Positions 19,107 through 31,256 of a stretch of DNA of 47,749 nt are shown in pieces. This DNA is from Candidatus Firestoneibacteriota bacterium. Its GTDB lineage: Bacteria > Oederibacteriota > D2-FULL-39-29 > JBDRBU01. The stretch is from assembly GCA_043822305.1 (NCBI GenBank), contig JBDRBU010000087.1, positions 1 to 47,749 on the forward strand, written 5' to 3'. The stretch's first letter is position 1. Each line of letters starts with the position of its first letter. The translations under genes and the position numbers were made by a program. Below the pieces are notes generated by a model, which saw nothing but the letters and a program-made list of their open reading frames with translations, was not told the origin of the DNA and ran no database searches.

Positions 19107-20177
19107 ATGGATAAAGTTGTAAAGAGTAGAAAGATGACTGTGCGTAGTCGCAATCAACCAGGACTCTTTGATAAAATTTCTGGTTTAATTGAGCAGACAA
19201 GACAAAGAGTTGCTACGACTATTAACCACGAAATGGTAATTCTTTACTGGAATATTGGGAAAACTATTAAAGATGAAATAATGAAATCAAAAAGAGCTGA
19301 GTATGGAGAGAAAATTGTGCAATCACTGACTGCACAATTAACCCAAAAATATGGAAGAGGATTTTCTGCCCAAAATTTATGGTATATGGTTCAGTTGTAT
19401 GAAACTTACCCAATTCTCCAATCACTGCTTGGAGAATTTAAAGGACTAAGTTGGACACATATAATAAATATTCTTCCGATAAAAGATAACCTAAAACGCC
19501 AATTTTATGCAGTTCTATGTCAAAAAGAACACTGGAGCACAAGAACACTTAATGGAAGAATAAGCAGTATGCTTTATGAAAGGACTGCATTATCAAAATT
19601 GCCTGAGAAAACCATAGAAATGCAATTACGAGAATTGAAAGAAAAAGATAAAATGACACCCGAGTTAACATTCAGGGACCCATATGTATTGGACTTTTTA
19701 GAACTTAGCGATACTTATGGTGAAAGAGATTTAGAAAGAGCAATATTAAATGCCCTTGAAAAATTTATCCTTGAATTGGGTAAAGATTTTTATTTTGTAG
19801 CAAGACAGAAGAGAATCACGCTTGATAATATTGATTATTATATGGATTTGGTTTTCTATCATAGAAAATTGAAGTGTTTTATAGTGATAGATTTAAAGAT
19901 TGATAAGTTTAGAGCAGAATATAAAGGACAGATGGAATTATATTTAAGATATATAGAAAAATATGAAATGGATGAAGGTGAAAATCCACCTGTTGGATTG
20001 ATACTCTGTACGGAAAAAGGTAAAGAACAAATTGAATTATTATTTTTACCACAAGAGAGAATAAAAGTAGCCGAATACTTAACTGGTTTGCCACCTAAAG
20101 AATTGTTTGCTGAAAAATTACATAAAGCGATACTAATCGCCCAGTTGAAATTAGAGCAAAAACTAAGGAATAAATAA
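19107..20177 (+). CDS. YhcG/DUF1016 PD-(D/E)XK nuclease family protein
   Basis: YWNIG, RAEYG, GRGFS..NL, LSWTH, RDPY.LDFL, LELG..F.FV.RQ.R, DL.FYHR, DLK, GQM..Y. Confidence 0.9.
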   Translation: MDKVVKSRKMTVRSRNQPGLFDKISGLIEQTRQRVATTINHEMVILYWNIGKTIKDEIMKSKRAEYGEKIVQSLTAQLTQKYGRGFSAQNLWYMVQLYETYPILQSLLGEFKGLSWTHIINILPIKDNLKRQFYAVLCQKEHWSTRTLNGRISSMLYERTALSKLPEKTIEMQLRELKEKDKMTPELTFRDPYVLDFLELSDTYGERDLERAILNALEKFILELGKDFYFVARQKRITLDNIDYYMDLVFYHRKLKCFIVIDLKIDKFRAEYKGQMELYLRYIEKYEMDEGENPPVGLILCTEKGKEQIELLFLPQERIKVAEYLTGLPPKELFAEKLHKAILIAQLKLEQKLRNK

Positions 20178-20676
20178 TGCTGAAGTTAAAAGTGGGAATA
20201 ATTACCATAAGTGATAGAAGTTTTAGAGGGATTTATAAAGACGAAAGTGGTCCAATACTTGTTGAACTTGTAAAAGAATCTTCAGCAGAAGTAGTTAAAT
20301 ATGAAATTATTCCAGATGATAAAAAAGTTATAGTAGATAAACTAATGACATATGTGGATTATTTGAAATTAGATTTAATATTAACAAATGGGGGGACTGG
20401 ACTATCGGAAAGAGATATAACTCCGGAAGCAGTGAGAGAAGTTATTCAAAAGGAAGTTCCAGGGATAGGAGAATATATAAGGTTTAAAAGTTTGGAAAAA
20501 ACTCCTAATGCTATTTTAAGTAGGACTGTAGCCGGTGTTAGAAATAATAGTTTAATTATTAGTTTTCCCGGCTCACCAAAGGCAGTAAAAGAATGCTGGG
20601 AGATAATATCACCAGTATTAAATCATGCTATAGGAATAATCAAAGGCGAAAAATTAGATGATAAAAAGGAGATTAA

Positions 20677-20683
<7 letters not shown>
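20177..20683 (+). CDS. MogA/MoaB-family molybdopterin adenylyltransferase
   Basis: ITISDR, DESGP, TNGGTG...RDITPEA, LSR, PGSPKAV.E. Confidence 0.9.
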
Positions 20684-22742
<2,059 letters not shown>

Positions 22743-22752
22743 TTATTTGATT

Positions 22753-22778
22753 TGTCAAATGTCAAGGGCTGACCCCAT
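22753..22778. repeat. 26-bp direct repeat, copy 1: TGTCAAATGTCAAGGGCTGACCCCAT
   Basis: Identical to 24669-24694. Confidence 0.9.
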
Positions 22779-23513
22779 ATGGAGGTGGGTATGAAGAAAC
22801 TAATCGTTGTAGTAGTAGTGTTTATGTTGTTTATTTCAGGGTGTACGAATTTCTATGGATGGGTACATAAAAAAGGAGAAGGTGATGCAGATTCATTAAT
22901 TGCAGACGCAAGAGCTGCTATGACAAGAGGAGAATATAATAATGCTGTTTCATATTATGCAAAAGCAATGGAATTGGATTCCAGAAAAAGTAAAGCAAGA
23001 TATGGTCATGCTGTTGCATATATAAAAAGCATAAGGTTTAATGTGGTAACATTGGCAAATAGGTTGAACTATACAAGTTCTACTCCAGTTGATTTTATTA
23101 ATCCCTCAGATTTTGGATTATCAACATTATCTGATTTAGAACAGTTAGTAGATACATTATTAACTGATTTAGATCCTATTAGAGGTGGTATCTGTGATGG
23201 GGTAATTTCTCCTACAGATGCTGAAGTTAATTTAACTATTTCAATTTCGAAAATTTTAAAAGCAGGTGTTTTAATTAAAAAATTGTCCGGTAGTCACACA
23301 TTGTTTATAAATCCTGATGGAACATTTACAATTGATCCGCTACTTACATCAGCAGAAGCACTGGAAATTTTAAATTTAATCATTGGAGATGGAGGTGCTA
23401 AAGAAGCATTTGATACTGCTTTAACAAATTCAGGTGTAAATGTTTCAGATCCTGGTTACAGTGATGTTGATGATGTATTAACAAATTTAAAGAACGCATT
23501 AACAATACTATAG
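22779..23513 (+). CDS. Putative lipoprotein with TPR-like motif (start probably 22791)
   Basis: MKKLIVVVVVFMLFISGC lipobox; A..AM..GEYNNA..YY.KAMELD..ARYG. Confidence 0.7.
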   Translation: MEVGMKKLIVVVVVFMLFISGCTNFYGWVHKKGEGDADSLIADARAAMTRGEYNNAVSYYAKAMELDSRKSKARYGHAVAYIKSIRFNVVTLANRLNYTSSTPVDFINPSDFGLSTLSDLEQLVDTLLTDLDPIRGGICDGVISPTDAEVNLTISISKILKAGVLIKKLSGSHTLFINPDGTFTIDPLLTSAEALEILNLIIGDGGAKEAFDTALTNSGVNVSDPGYSDVDDVLTNLKNALTIL

Positions 23514-23584
23514 TCTGTTCGCATTGACGAACAACTATTCCTAATGTTATTTGTTTACATTATGGAAAGTCATAAGGAGGGACA

Positions 23585-24667
23585 ATGTTAATTATAATAG
23601 TATTTTTATTGATTGTTAATTTGTTGTATAGTGAGCAATCTATTTCTATAAATAATGTTAAAGTATTAGGGATGGGTGGTGTTTCTTTGGGTATATCAGG
23701 TGATGAAAATCCAATATTTTATAATGCATCAGGTTTAGCAAAAGTAAAGAAGCCGGTTTTAATTGCTCCGTATATTTCTTTTGAAACTGATACTAAAACA
23801 TTTGATTTACTTTCTTATGTTTTATCTCATCAAAATGAGTTAAGCAATGGTTTCTCTGGTATAACGAATCAAACAGTGGATAAGTTGACAAATGCTGATG
23901 TAAAATTAGGAATGCATTTAGGATTTGGATGTGTTCAAAGAAATTTTGGATTAGGTTTTTTTGTCCCATTAAATGTCTTTGCTCAAGGTAGTAGCGGGAT
24001 ATTCATTCCAAGGGCAGATGTATATGCAACAGGAGACATGTTACTTATTAGTTCATTTGGTTATCCTTTTTCTACTTCTATAGGAGAAATAGATGCAGGT
24101 TTATCATTAAAATTGATATATAGAACTAAAGTTGATGAAAAAAGGACAGTATTAGAATGGTCTGCATTATCTACTAACCCTATTAAGTTTCAAAGTTACT
24201 GGGGCGTTGGATTTGATGTTTCAGGAATGTATGAGTTATCCAAGGATTTAAGGCTTTCACTTGTTATACAAGACATTTTTACAAGAATAGGTTCATCCAC
24301 TTTACCTTTAAATGTAAAATTAGGGTTAGCATATTTTTCAGATATTAAGTTAGAAAATTTATTCAAAGATATTAGATTTTATTTTGATATTGTTGATTTA
24401 TTTAATCCAGATGATGCAAAATATCTATCTTCATTTGGAAATACAACTGCTATTTTTTTAAAGAAGACTCATATTGGGATTGAGTCTAAACTTATAGATT
24501 TTGTAAATTTACGAATAGGTTTAAATCAAGGTTATCCTACTTTTGGAATAGGATTAAAAATAGAAATGTTTAATATAGAATACGCTTTTTATGGGAAAGA
24601 GGAAGGAGTATTTCCAGGTGATATCCCTTCTTGGAACCATATATTGACATTTGTGTTTAGATATTAG
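23585..24667 (+). CDS. Putative outer-membrane beta-barrel (TraF/PorV/FadL-like)
   Basis: Signal peptide, LGMGG, FYNASGLA, LRIGLNQGYPTFGIG, alternating aromatic strands, terminal F.Y. Confidence 0.7.
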   Translation: MLIIIVFLLIVNLLYSEQSISINNVKVLGMGGVSLGISGDENPIFYNASGLAKVKKPVLIAPYISFETDTKTFDLLSYVLSHQNELSNGFSGITNQTVDKLTNADVKLGMHLGFGCVQRNFGLGFFVPLNVFAQGSSGIFIPRADVYATGDMLLISSFGYPFSTSIGEIDAGLSLKLIYRTKVDEKRTVLEWSALSTNPIKFQSYWGVGFDVSGMYELSKDLRLSLVIQDIFTRIGSSTLPLNVKLGLAYFSDIKLENLFKDIRFYFDIVDLFNPDDAKYLSSFGNTTAIFLKKTHIGIESKLIDFVNLRIGLNQGYPTFGIGLKIEMFNIEYAFYGKEEGVFPGDIPSWNHILTFVFRY

Positions 24668-24668
24668 A

Positions 24669-24694
24669 TGTCAAATGTCAAGGGCTGACCCCAT
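24669..24694. repeat. 26-bp direct repeat, copy 2
   Basis: Identical to 22753-22778. Confidence 0.9.
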
Positions 24695-24857
24695 GATAAA
24701 TTTTTTTGCAGAAATATTAAAAAAGATAAGAATGTTTTTAACAAAAGCAAAAGGCGAATTCCTTTGTGATAATTGCAGGTATGATTATCCAAATGCTTGC
24801 AATAATCCAGATAGACCAAATGTAAGAAGTTGTGATGAGTATAAAAACGTTAGTTAA
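24693..24857 (+). CDS. Small hypothetical four-Cys protein
   Basis: LCDNCRYDYPNAC..PDRPN..SCDEY; ATG overlaps the repeat end. Confidence 0.55.
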   Translation: MINFFAEILKKIRMFLTKAKGEFLCDNCRYDYPNACNNPDRPNVRSCDEYKNVS

Positions 24858-25914
24858 ATAAGATCAATAAGACAAAATAAATCACCATTAGTGTAAATCC
24901 AACCGGTATTCCTATTTTTGCCCATTCTTTGCTTTTGATTTTTAACTTGTTTGCGGATATAATATTTGGAATATTGCCGGGTATTAAAATTCCCCCTGAA
25001 ATAATTAAGGCTAAAAGTGCGAATTTTATTTGGGCTAAACTTAATGATGGATCTATTTGGGCTGCGGTTAAAGTAGCATTATCTAAAACAGCAGATATAA
25101 TATTTATCCAGTATAGAGCATAATAAGAAATTTTTGATATATACATATCGGTTAATGGTTTAAAACCCGTTCCCAGAAGAATTAAGGCCATGACGAATAA
25201 GTATACTTTTAAAGTTCTAATAGTTATATCTTTAAAGTTTTCTAATCTATTTTCTTTTAGTCCATGTTCTGACTTTTTACTTTTTTCTATAAGTTTTATA
25301 GATATGATTCCAAGAACTATTATAGCGGAGATTATGTAAACTCCAAGAATTTTAGCTAAGAACCAGAAATCTGCGTTATATGGTTCTCCTTTTAATTTTG
25401 CCATGGCTATTGTTGAAAGTGGTTCACCAATTGGAGTTAATGCTGCTCCAAATCCAATGGAAAAGCAGGCCAAGACAACTATTTTTATCTCTGTTTCTTT
25501 ATCTAATTTAAGGAAACTAATTATTTCAACCAGAATTAATGCAGATATTATTGCCGTTATAATGCTTGAGAGCATTCCTAATCCGACAATAAGCAGAAAC
25601 ACGAAAAGTTTTAAACCTAATTTTTCAACAATCGGGTTTAAGTTTTCGCTAAGAGGTTTTTGAATTAATCTGAATAATATACCTGCTAAAAAAACCGCTA
25701 CAGTAATTTTTATTGGTTCAAATAAAGCCTCTTTTATAAGGTATAAACCCCACTGATTGGTTATGCTTACGGCAATCAGTCCCATGATAAACAAAAATAT
25801 TTCAAGTTCTTCTTCTGCCTTTTTTAGTAAGAAAGGTAAAATTAAAACAAGAATAAAAATTATTATAAGCCCTAAAATCATTTTTACCTCCAAATATTTT
25901 AGTTGCAAAACCAC
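24850..25914 (-). CDS. DUF1646-like membrane protein (ion transporter superfamily); start possibly 25881
   Basis: Multiple TM segments; SSIITAI, GAALTPIGEPLSTI, SAVLDNATL.AA, GG.LIPGNIPNI. Confidence 0.75.
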   Translation of the reverse strand: MVLQLKYLEVKMILGLIIIFILVLILPFLLKKAEEELEIFLFIMGLIAVSITNQWGLYLIKEALFEPIKITVAVFLAGILFRLIQKPLSENLNPIVEKLGLKLFVFLLIVGLGMLSSIITAIISALILVEIISFLKLDKETEIKIVVLACFSIGFGAALTPIGEPLSTIAMAKLKGEPYNADFWFLAKILGVYIISAIIVLGIISIKLIEKSKKSEHGLKENRLENFKDITIRTLKVYLFVMALILLGTGFKPLTDMYISKISYYALYWINIISAVLDNATLTAAQIDPSLSLAQIKFALLALIISGGILIPGNIPNIISANKLKIKSKEWAKIGIPVGFTLMVIYFVLLILFN

Positions 25915-25968
25915 TCTTATTTTAGTATATTATACTTATATATTACAATTTAATCAAGGGGGAACAAT

Positions 25969-27366
25969 ATGGAATATGATATTGCTGTAATTGGTTCTGG
26001 TCCTGGTGGCTATGTTTCGGCTATAAGGGCTGCTCAGTTAGGAGCAAAAGTAGTTGTAATTGAAAAAGGAGATATTGGAGGCGTTTGTGTAAATGAAGGG
26101 TGCATTCCAACAAAAACATTGGTGGCCAGTGCGGAGTTTTATAATAAACTTACTAAAGCAAAAGAATTTGGAATAGATGTTAAAGAATTCAAAATAGATT
26201 TTCCAACTGTAATTCAAAGAAAAGAAAGAATAATAAGAAGATTGCAGTTGGGGATTAATAGTTTATTTAAAAGTTATAATATAGAGATTATTAAAGGAGA
26301 AGCAAGATTTTTAAATAAAAATCAGTTAGAAGTAATTGGAGATTTAAAAAACCAAAAAGTAGAATTTAAACACTGTATTATTGCTACTGGCTCTAAAAGT
26401 GGGACATTACCAGATATTAAACCAGATGGTAATATAATTTTATCGACAAGTGATATGTTATCTGTTGAGCAAATTCCAGCTTCTTTACTTATTATTGGTG
26501 GTGGAGTAATAGGAGTGGAGTTTGCTTCACTTTTTAACAGATTAGGTTCAAAAGTAACTATTGTTGAGATATTGCCTCGTATCTTAATAAATGAAGATGA
26601 AGAAATATCATTAATCATAACTAATATGTTAAAGAAAAGAGGTGTTGAAATATTAACCAACTCAAAAGTCGTCCCTCGTGCTGGGGCGTGGATTGAGGGT
26701 AATGATATTGAAATAGAAAAGCCAGATGGAAAGAGTAAAATGCAAATAGAAAAAGTTCTTGTCTGTGTGGGTAGAATACCTGTTTATGAAAACTTAGGAT
26801 TAGAAAATGCGGGTGTATTTTATGATAAAAACGGAATAAAAGTTAATGACAGAATGGAAACAAATATTGGCGGAGTATATGCAATTGGCGATGTTACAGG
26901 TAAATACTTTTTGGCTTATGTTTCATCAGCTGAAGGTATTGTGGCCGCAGAAAATGCTTGTGGATTGGATTCGAAAATTGATTATAAAATTATTCCAAAA
27001 TCTATATTTACTTCACCTGAGATAGGTAGTATTGGATTAACAGAAACTGAAGCGAAAGATAAAGGTTGTTCGGTAAAAATAGGCAGGTTTCCTTTTTTTG
27101 CAAATGGTAGAGCAGTTATATCAGGAGAAACTGAAGGTATAGTAAAAGTAATTGTTGATAAAAATACAAATCACATACTTGGGGTTCATATAATAGGACC
27201 AGAAGCAACTGAATTAATTCATATAGCTGCCATGGCTATGAAAGCAAATCTAAAGGTAGAAGAATTTCAAAGAATATTATTTAGCCATCCAACTTTAAGT
27301 GAAACCATACTAGAATCCGTGCATGATGCAGACAAAAAAGCAATAGACCTTCCGAATAAGTCTTGA
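25969..27366 (+). CDS. lpdA: Dihydrolipoyl dehydrogenase
   Basis: GSGPGGY, GGVCVNEGCIPTK, GGGVIG.E, HPTLSE. Confidence 0.93.
   Translation: MEYDIAVIGSGPGGYVSAIRAAQLGAKVVVIEKGDIGGVCVNEGCIPTKTLVASAEFYNKLTKAKEFGIDVKEFKIDFPTVIQRKERIIRRLQLGINSLFKSYNIEIIKGEARFLNKNQLEVIGDLKNQKVEFKHCIIATGSKSGTLPDIKPDGNIILSTSDMLSVEQIPASLLIIGGGVIGVEFASLFNRLGSKVTIVEILPRILINEDEEISLIITNMLKKRGVEILTNSKVVPRAGAWIEGNDIEIEKPDGKSKMQIEKVLVCVGRIPVYENLGLENAGVFYDKNGIKVNDRMETNIGGVYAIGDVTGKYFLAYVSSAEGIVAAENACGLDSKIDYKIIPKSIFTSPEIGSIGLTETEAKDKGCSVKIGRFPFFANGRAVISGETEGIVKVIVDKNTNHILGVHIIGPEATELIHIAAMAMKANLKVEEFQRILFSHPTLSETILESVHDADKKAIDLPNKS
26668..26696 (+). repeat. Orphan type I-C CRISPR-repeat-like sequence in frame inside lpdA
   Basis: GTCGTCCCTCGTGCTGGGGCGTGGATTGA compared with the I-C pattern GTCGC..hairpin..GCGTGGATTGAAAC; single copy, no spacers. 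Confidence 0.6.
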
Positions 27367-27471
27367 AAAATTCCAAAAAATATAGACAAAAATCATTGGT
27401 TTTCCAAGAAAAATATGTTATAATATAATATACAAGCCGTTCTACAAGGCGGAAAAGGGACAAGAAAATAA

Positions 27472-29187
27472 ATGAATATAGAAAATTTAAGACATAGTAC
27501 TTCGCATATAATGGCCCAAGCTGTAAAAAGATTATTTCCAGAAGTTAAATTAGCAATTGGTCCATCAATTTCTGATGGTTTTTATTATGATTTTGATTTA
27601 AATAAACCGCTTAACGAAGAGGATATTTTAAAGATTGAAGAAGAAATGAAAAAAATAATCAAGGAAGAGTATCCATTTGTAAGAAAAGAAATTAAAAAAG
27701 TAGATGCAATTAAATTCTTTAAAGAAAAAGGAGAAATTTATAAGGTTGAAATTTTGAATGAAATTAAGGAAGATGTTGTTGCAATTTACGAGCAAGGAGA
27801 GTTTGTTGATTTATGTAAGGGCCCTCATGTTAATACAACATCGGATATAAAAGTATTTAAATTGTTATCAATAGCCGGTGCTTACTGGCGTGGTGATGAG
27901 AAAAATAAAATGTTGCAAAGAATATATGGAACTGCTTTTGAAACCAGCAAGGAATTGGATGAGTATATGGTTAAACTTGAAGAGGCGAAAAAAAGGGACC
28001 ATAGAAAGTTAGGAACTGAATTAGATCTATATAGTATTCATGATGAAGTTGGTGCGGGACTAATACACTGGCATCCAAAAGGTGCAATGATCAGGATGAT
28101 TATCGAAGATTTTTGGAAGATGAAACATATAAAGAACGGTTATAAATTGGTAAATACTCCGCATATTGCTTCAGAACAAATCTATAAAATAAGCGGTCAT
28201 TTGGAAAAATTTTCTGAGATGATATATTCTCCTATGGATATTGAAGGAAAGCCGTTTAGAGTAAAGCCGATGAATTGTCCTAATCATATAATGATATATA
28301 AAACCAGGTTACATTCTTACAGGGAACTGCCTTTAAGATTTGCTGAAATGGGTACGGTCTACAGGTTTGAAAAATCAGGGGTCTTGCATGGTTTACTTAG
28401 AGTAAGGGGCTTTACAATAGATGATGCCCATATATTCTGTAGAGAAGAACAACTTGAAGAAGAGATGCTTAGGATTTTTGATTTTACCATGAAATTTTTA
28501 AATACTTTTGGTTTTTCTGAATATGAGATTTATCTTGCGACTAAACCAGAGAAGTATGTGGGTGGAGACGAGATTTGGGAAAAGGCAACAAATACTTTAA
28601 AATTAGCCTTAGAAAAGACCGGATATAATTATAAAATTGATGAAGCCGGAGGAGCATTTTATGGTCCAAAGGTAGATATAAAAGTAAAAGATTCTATTGG
28701 GAGACTATGGCAGTGTAGTACAATACAATTTGATTTTAATTTACCGGAAAGATTTGACATAAGATTTAGAGATGAGAGCGGCAAAGATAAAAGAGTTGTC
28801 ATGATACACAGAGCCTTACTTGGTTCTTTGGAAAGATTCTTTGGTGTACTTATTGAAAATTATGGTGGTGCGTTTCCAGTTTGGCTTTCACCCGTTCAGG
28901 TTAAGATATTAACCATTACTAATAACCAGGATGATTATGCTACTGCTTTGTTAAAGAAATTAGAAGATATTGATCTAAGAGCTGAAATGGATTTAAGGAG
29001 TGAGAAAATAGGTGCAAAGATTCGAGAGGCAACATTAGAAAAGATTCCTTATATGATTATAATTGGAGAAAAAGAAGTAAAAGAAAATAAGGTGGCCGTC
29101 AGGAAAAGAGCAGGAGGAGATTTAGGAAGTATGGAGTTTGTTAAATTTTTAGATTTAATAACCGAGGATATACTGAAAAAGAGGTAA
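27472..29187 (+). CDS. thrS: Threonine--tRNA ligase (no N-terminal TGS domain)
   Basis: RHSTSH, DLCKGPH, GAYWRG, RDHRKLG, KPMNCP, FYGPK, HRA. Confidence 0.96.
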   Translation: MNIENLRHSTSHIMAQAVKRLFPEVKLAIGPSISDGFYYDFDLNKPLNEEDILKIEEEMKKIIKEEYPFVRKEIKKVDAIKFFKEKGEIYKVEILNEIKEDVVAIYEQGEFVDLCKGPHVNTTSDIKVFKLLSIAGAYWRGDEKNKMLQRIYGTAFETSKELDEYMVKLEEAKKRDHRKLGTELDLYSIHDEVGAGLIHWHPKGAMIRMIIEDFWKMKHIKNGYKLVNTPHIASEQIYKISGHLEKFSEMIYSPMDIEGKPFRVKPMNCPNHIMIYKTRLHSYRELPLRFAEMGTVYRFEKSGVLHGLLRVRGFTIDDAHIFCREEQLEEEMLRIFDFTMKFLNTFGFSEYEIYLATKPEKYVGGDEIWEKATNTLKLALEKTGYNYKIDEAGGAFYGPKVDIKVKDSIGRLWQCSTIQFDFNLPERFDIRFRDESGKDKRVVMIHRALLGSLERFFGVLIENYGGAFPVWLSPVQVKILTITNNQDDYATALLKKLEDIDLRAEMDLRSEKIGAKIREATLEKIPYMIIIGEKEVKENKVAVRKRAGGDLGSMEFVKFLDLITEDILKKR

Positions 29188-29192
29188 ACAAA

Positions 29193-30038
29193 ATGCCATT
29201 ATTTAGAAGGGTTAGATTTGGTAGAGCGAAAAGGGTTGATGTTCCAAATGGACTTTGGACTAAATGTGAAGGTTGTAAAGAGATGATTTATACAAAACAA
29301 TTAGAGGAGAATTTAAAAGTTTGTCCAAAGTGTCGGTATCATGTTAAATTAAATTCAAAAGAAAGGATAAAATTACTTGTAGACGAGAACTCGTTTGTTG
29401 AGGATCCCACAAAAATAGTGCCTATAGATGCATTAAATTTTCCGGAATATAAAGAAAAGTTGAAGAAAGCCCAGGAATTAACAGGTTTAGATGATGCCGC
29501 CGTTATTGGTGAAGCAAAAATAGGCGGATATTTAGTTGCTCTAGGTGTGACTGATTTTAATTTTATGATGGGTAGTATGGGTTCTGTTGTTGGTGAAAAA
29601 ATTACAAGGATTATTGAATATGCCATAGATAAGAGGTGGCCACTTATTATTATCTCATCGTCAGGTGGAGGAGCAAGAATGCAAGAAGGAATTTTATCAT
29701 TGATGCAAATGGCTAAAACTTCTGCAGCATTAAAGAGACTTTCAGATGAAGGGTTGATTTATATATCAGTTTTAACTGACCCAACAGGTGGAGGAGTAAC
29801 GGCAAGTTTTGGGATGCTGGGAGATATAATAATTGCTGAGCCAGAGGCTTTAATTTGTTTTGCCGGTCCCAGGGTTATTGAGCAAACAATAAAACAAAAA
29901 TTGCCAAAAGGATTTCAAAGAGCAGAATTTTTACTTAAACATGGATTTATAGATATGGTTCTTCATAGAAAAGATCTAAAACCAACTTTAACTAAAATTT
30001 TAAAATGGAAAATAGGGACAGATCCTATTTTGTTGTAA
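29193..30038 (+). CDS. accD: Acetyl-CoA carboxylase carboxyltransferase beta subunit
   Basis: LWTKC..C...VCPKC Zn ribbon, [26 protein letters not shown]. Confidence 0.95.
   Translation: MPLFRRVRFGRAKRVDVPNGLWTKCEGCKEMIYTKQLEENLKVCPKCRYHVKLNSKERIKLLVDENSFVEDPTKIVPIDALNFPEYKEKLKKAQELTGLDDAAVIGEAKIGGYLVALGVTDFNFMMGSMGSVVGEKITRIIEYAIDKRWPLIIISSSGGGARMQEGILSLMQMAKTSAALKRLSDEGLIYISVLTDPTGGGVTASFGMLGDIIIAEPEALICFAGPRVIEQTIKQKLPKGFQRAEFLLKHGFIDMVLHRKDLKPTLTKILKWKIGTDPILL
30009..30031. repeat. AAAATAGG-GACAGAT-CCTATTTT palindrome forming the accD C-terminus
   Basis: Perfect 8-bp arms; shares AAAATAGGGACAGA with 11583. Confidence 0.75.
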
Positions 30039-30077
30039 GGTATGTCGGGGTCAGAGACGACCCCGACTCCATTTATT
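30039..30077 (+). repeat. GGTATGTCGGGGTCAGAGACGACCCCGACTCCATTTATT element
   Basis: GTCGGGGTC/GACCCCGAC stem; begins immediately after the accD stop. Confidence 0.85.
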
Positions 30078-30130
30078 AGACGGCTTTTACTGAATACTTA
30101 TCAAAAGAATTTGTAATTAAAGGATAAAAG

Positions 30131-31237
30131 ATGGCAAAAGTTATTTTGGAAAAAGTAGAAAAAAGATTTCCGGGTGCTCCAAAGTTAGCAGTAAGTAATG
30201 TAGATTTAGAAGTAAAGGATAAAGAATTTGTAGTATTAGTTGGTCCATCTGGTTGTGGTAAATCTACAATACTTCGAATGATAGCCGGATTAGAAGAAAT
30301 AACATCCGGATCAATATATATTGAGGATAAATTAGTAAATAACATTTTACCAAAGGACAGAGATGTAGCCATGGTATTTCAGAATTATGCATTATACCCT
30401 CATATGAGTGTGTATGATAATATGGCCTTTGGTTTGAAAATACGCAAGTATCCTAAAGATGAGATAAAAAAAAGAGTTGAAGAAGCAGCGGAAATATTAG
30501 GGATGCAAGAGTTATTGAATAGAAAACCAAAACACCTTTCGGGTGGACAAAGGCAAAGAGTAGCTGTGGGAAGAGCGATTGTAAGAAAACCAAAAGTTTT
30601 TCTATTTGATGAGCCATTAAGTAACTTAGATGCGAAGTTAAGAGTTCAAACAAGGACAGAGATTATTAAACTTCATAACAGACTGCAGTCAACAATGATT
30701 TATGTTACTCATGACCAGGTTGAAGCCATGACCATGGGAGATAGGATTGTCGTCATAAAGGATGGTCTAGTGCACCAGATAGGTGACCCAATTAGTATAT
30801 ATGAACAGCCAGTTAATAAATTTGTAGCAGGATTTATTGGAACACCGCCTATGAATTTTATTGATGGGACTATTGAAAAAAAGCCAGAAGGTGTTTTCTT
30901 TGACGAAGGGAGTTTTGCTGTGGAAATTCCTAAGACTATGTTAGAAAAGATAAATCCTTATATTGGTCAAGAGATTACACTCGGGATTAGACCGGAATAT
31001 ATAAAGGAAAAAAATATGTTACCATCATCCATTCCAGAATGGAGAGCAACGGCCATCGTAGATGTAGTTGAGCCGGTAGGTTCTTCTTCATATATATATT
31101 TAATAATAGGTAAGAGTACATTTGTGGCTGTATTTGATAGTCAGGAGAGGATGAAAGTATCTCAAAAAGTAGAGATTGTCTTTAATATGAATAAAGTACA
31201 TTTTTTTGATAAAGATACTGAGAAAACAATTGTATAG
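30131..31237 (+). CDS. Carbohydrate ABC transporter ATPase (MalK/UgpC/MsmX-like)
   Basis: GPSGCGKST, VFQNYALYPH, LSGGQRQR, DEPLSNLD, TOBE domain. Confidence 0.92.
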   Translation: MAKVILEKVEKRFPGAPKLAVSNVDLEVKDKEFVVLVGPSGCGKSTILRMIAGLEEITSGSIYIEDKLVNNILPKDRDVAMVFQNYALYPHMSVYDNMAFGLKIRKYPKDEIKKRVEEAAEILGMQELLNRKPKHLSGGQRQRVAVGRAIVRKPKVFLFDEPLSNLDAKLRVQTRTEIIKLHNRLQSTMIYVTHDQVEAMTMGDRIVVIKDGLVHQIGDPISIYEQPVNKFVAGFIGTPPMNFIDGTIEKKPEGVFFDEGSFAVEIPKTMLEKINPYIGQEITLGIRPEYIKEKNMLPSSIPEWRATAIVDVVEPVGSSSYIYLIIGKSTFVAVFDSQERMKVSQKVEIVFNMNKVHFFDKDTEKTIV

Positions 31238-31256
31238 GTAAGGTGAAAGGGAAAAT

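Noticed and set aside
24651..24692. Upstream GTG start of the small Cys ORF
   Set aside because: It overlaps the barrel gene and simply translates the 26-bp repeat; a start at 24693 or later is more plausible.
26668..26699. CRISPR array
   Set aside because: Only one repeat-like copy, with no spacers or cas genes; reported as an orphan repeat instead.
27472..29187. ThrS truncation
   Set aside because: TGS-less ThrRS forms are common, and the editing, catalytic and anticodon domains are intact.
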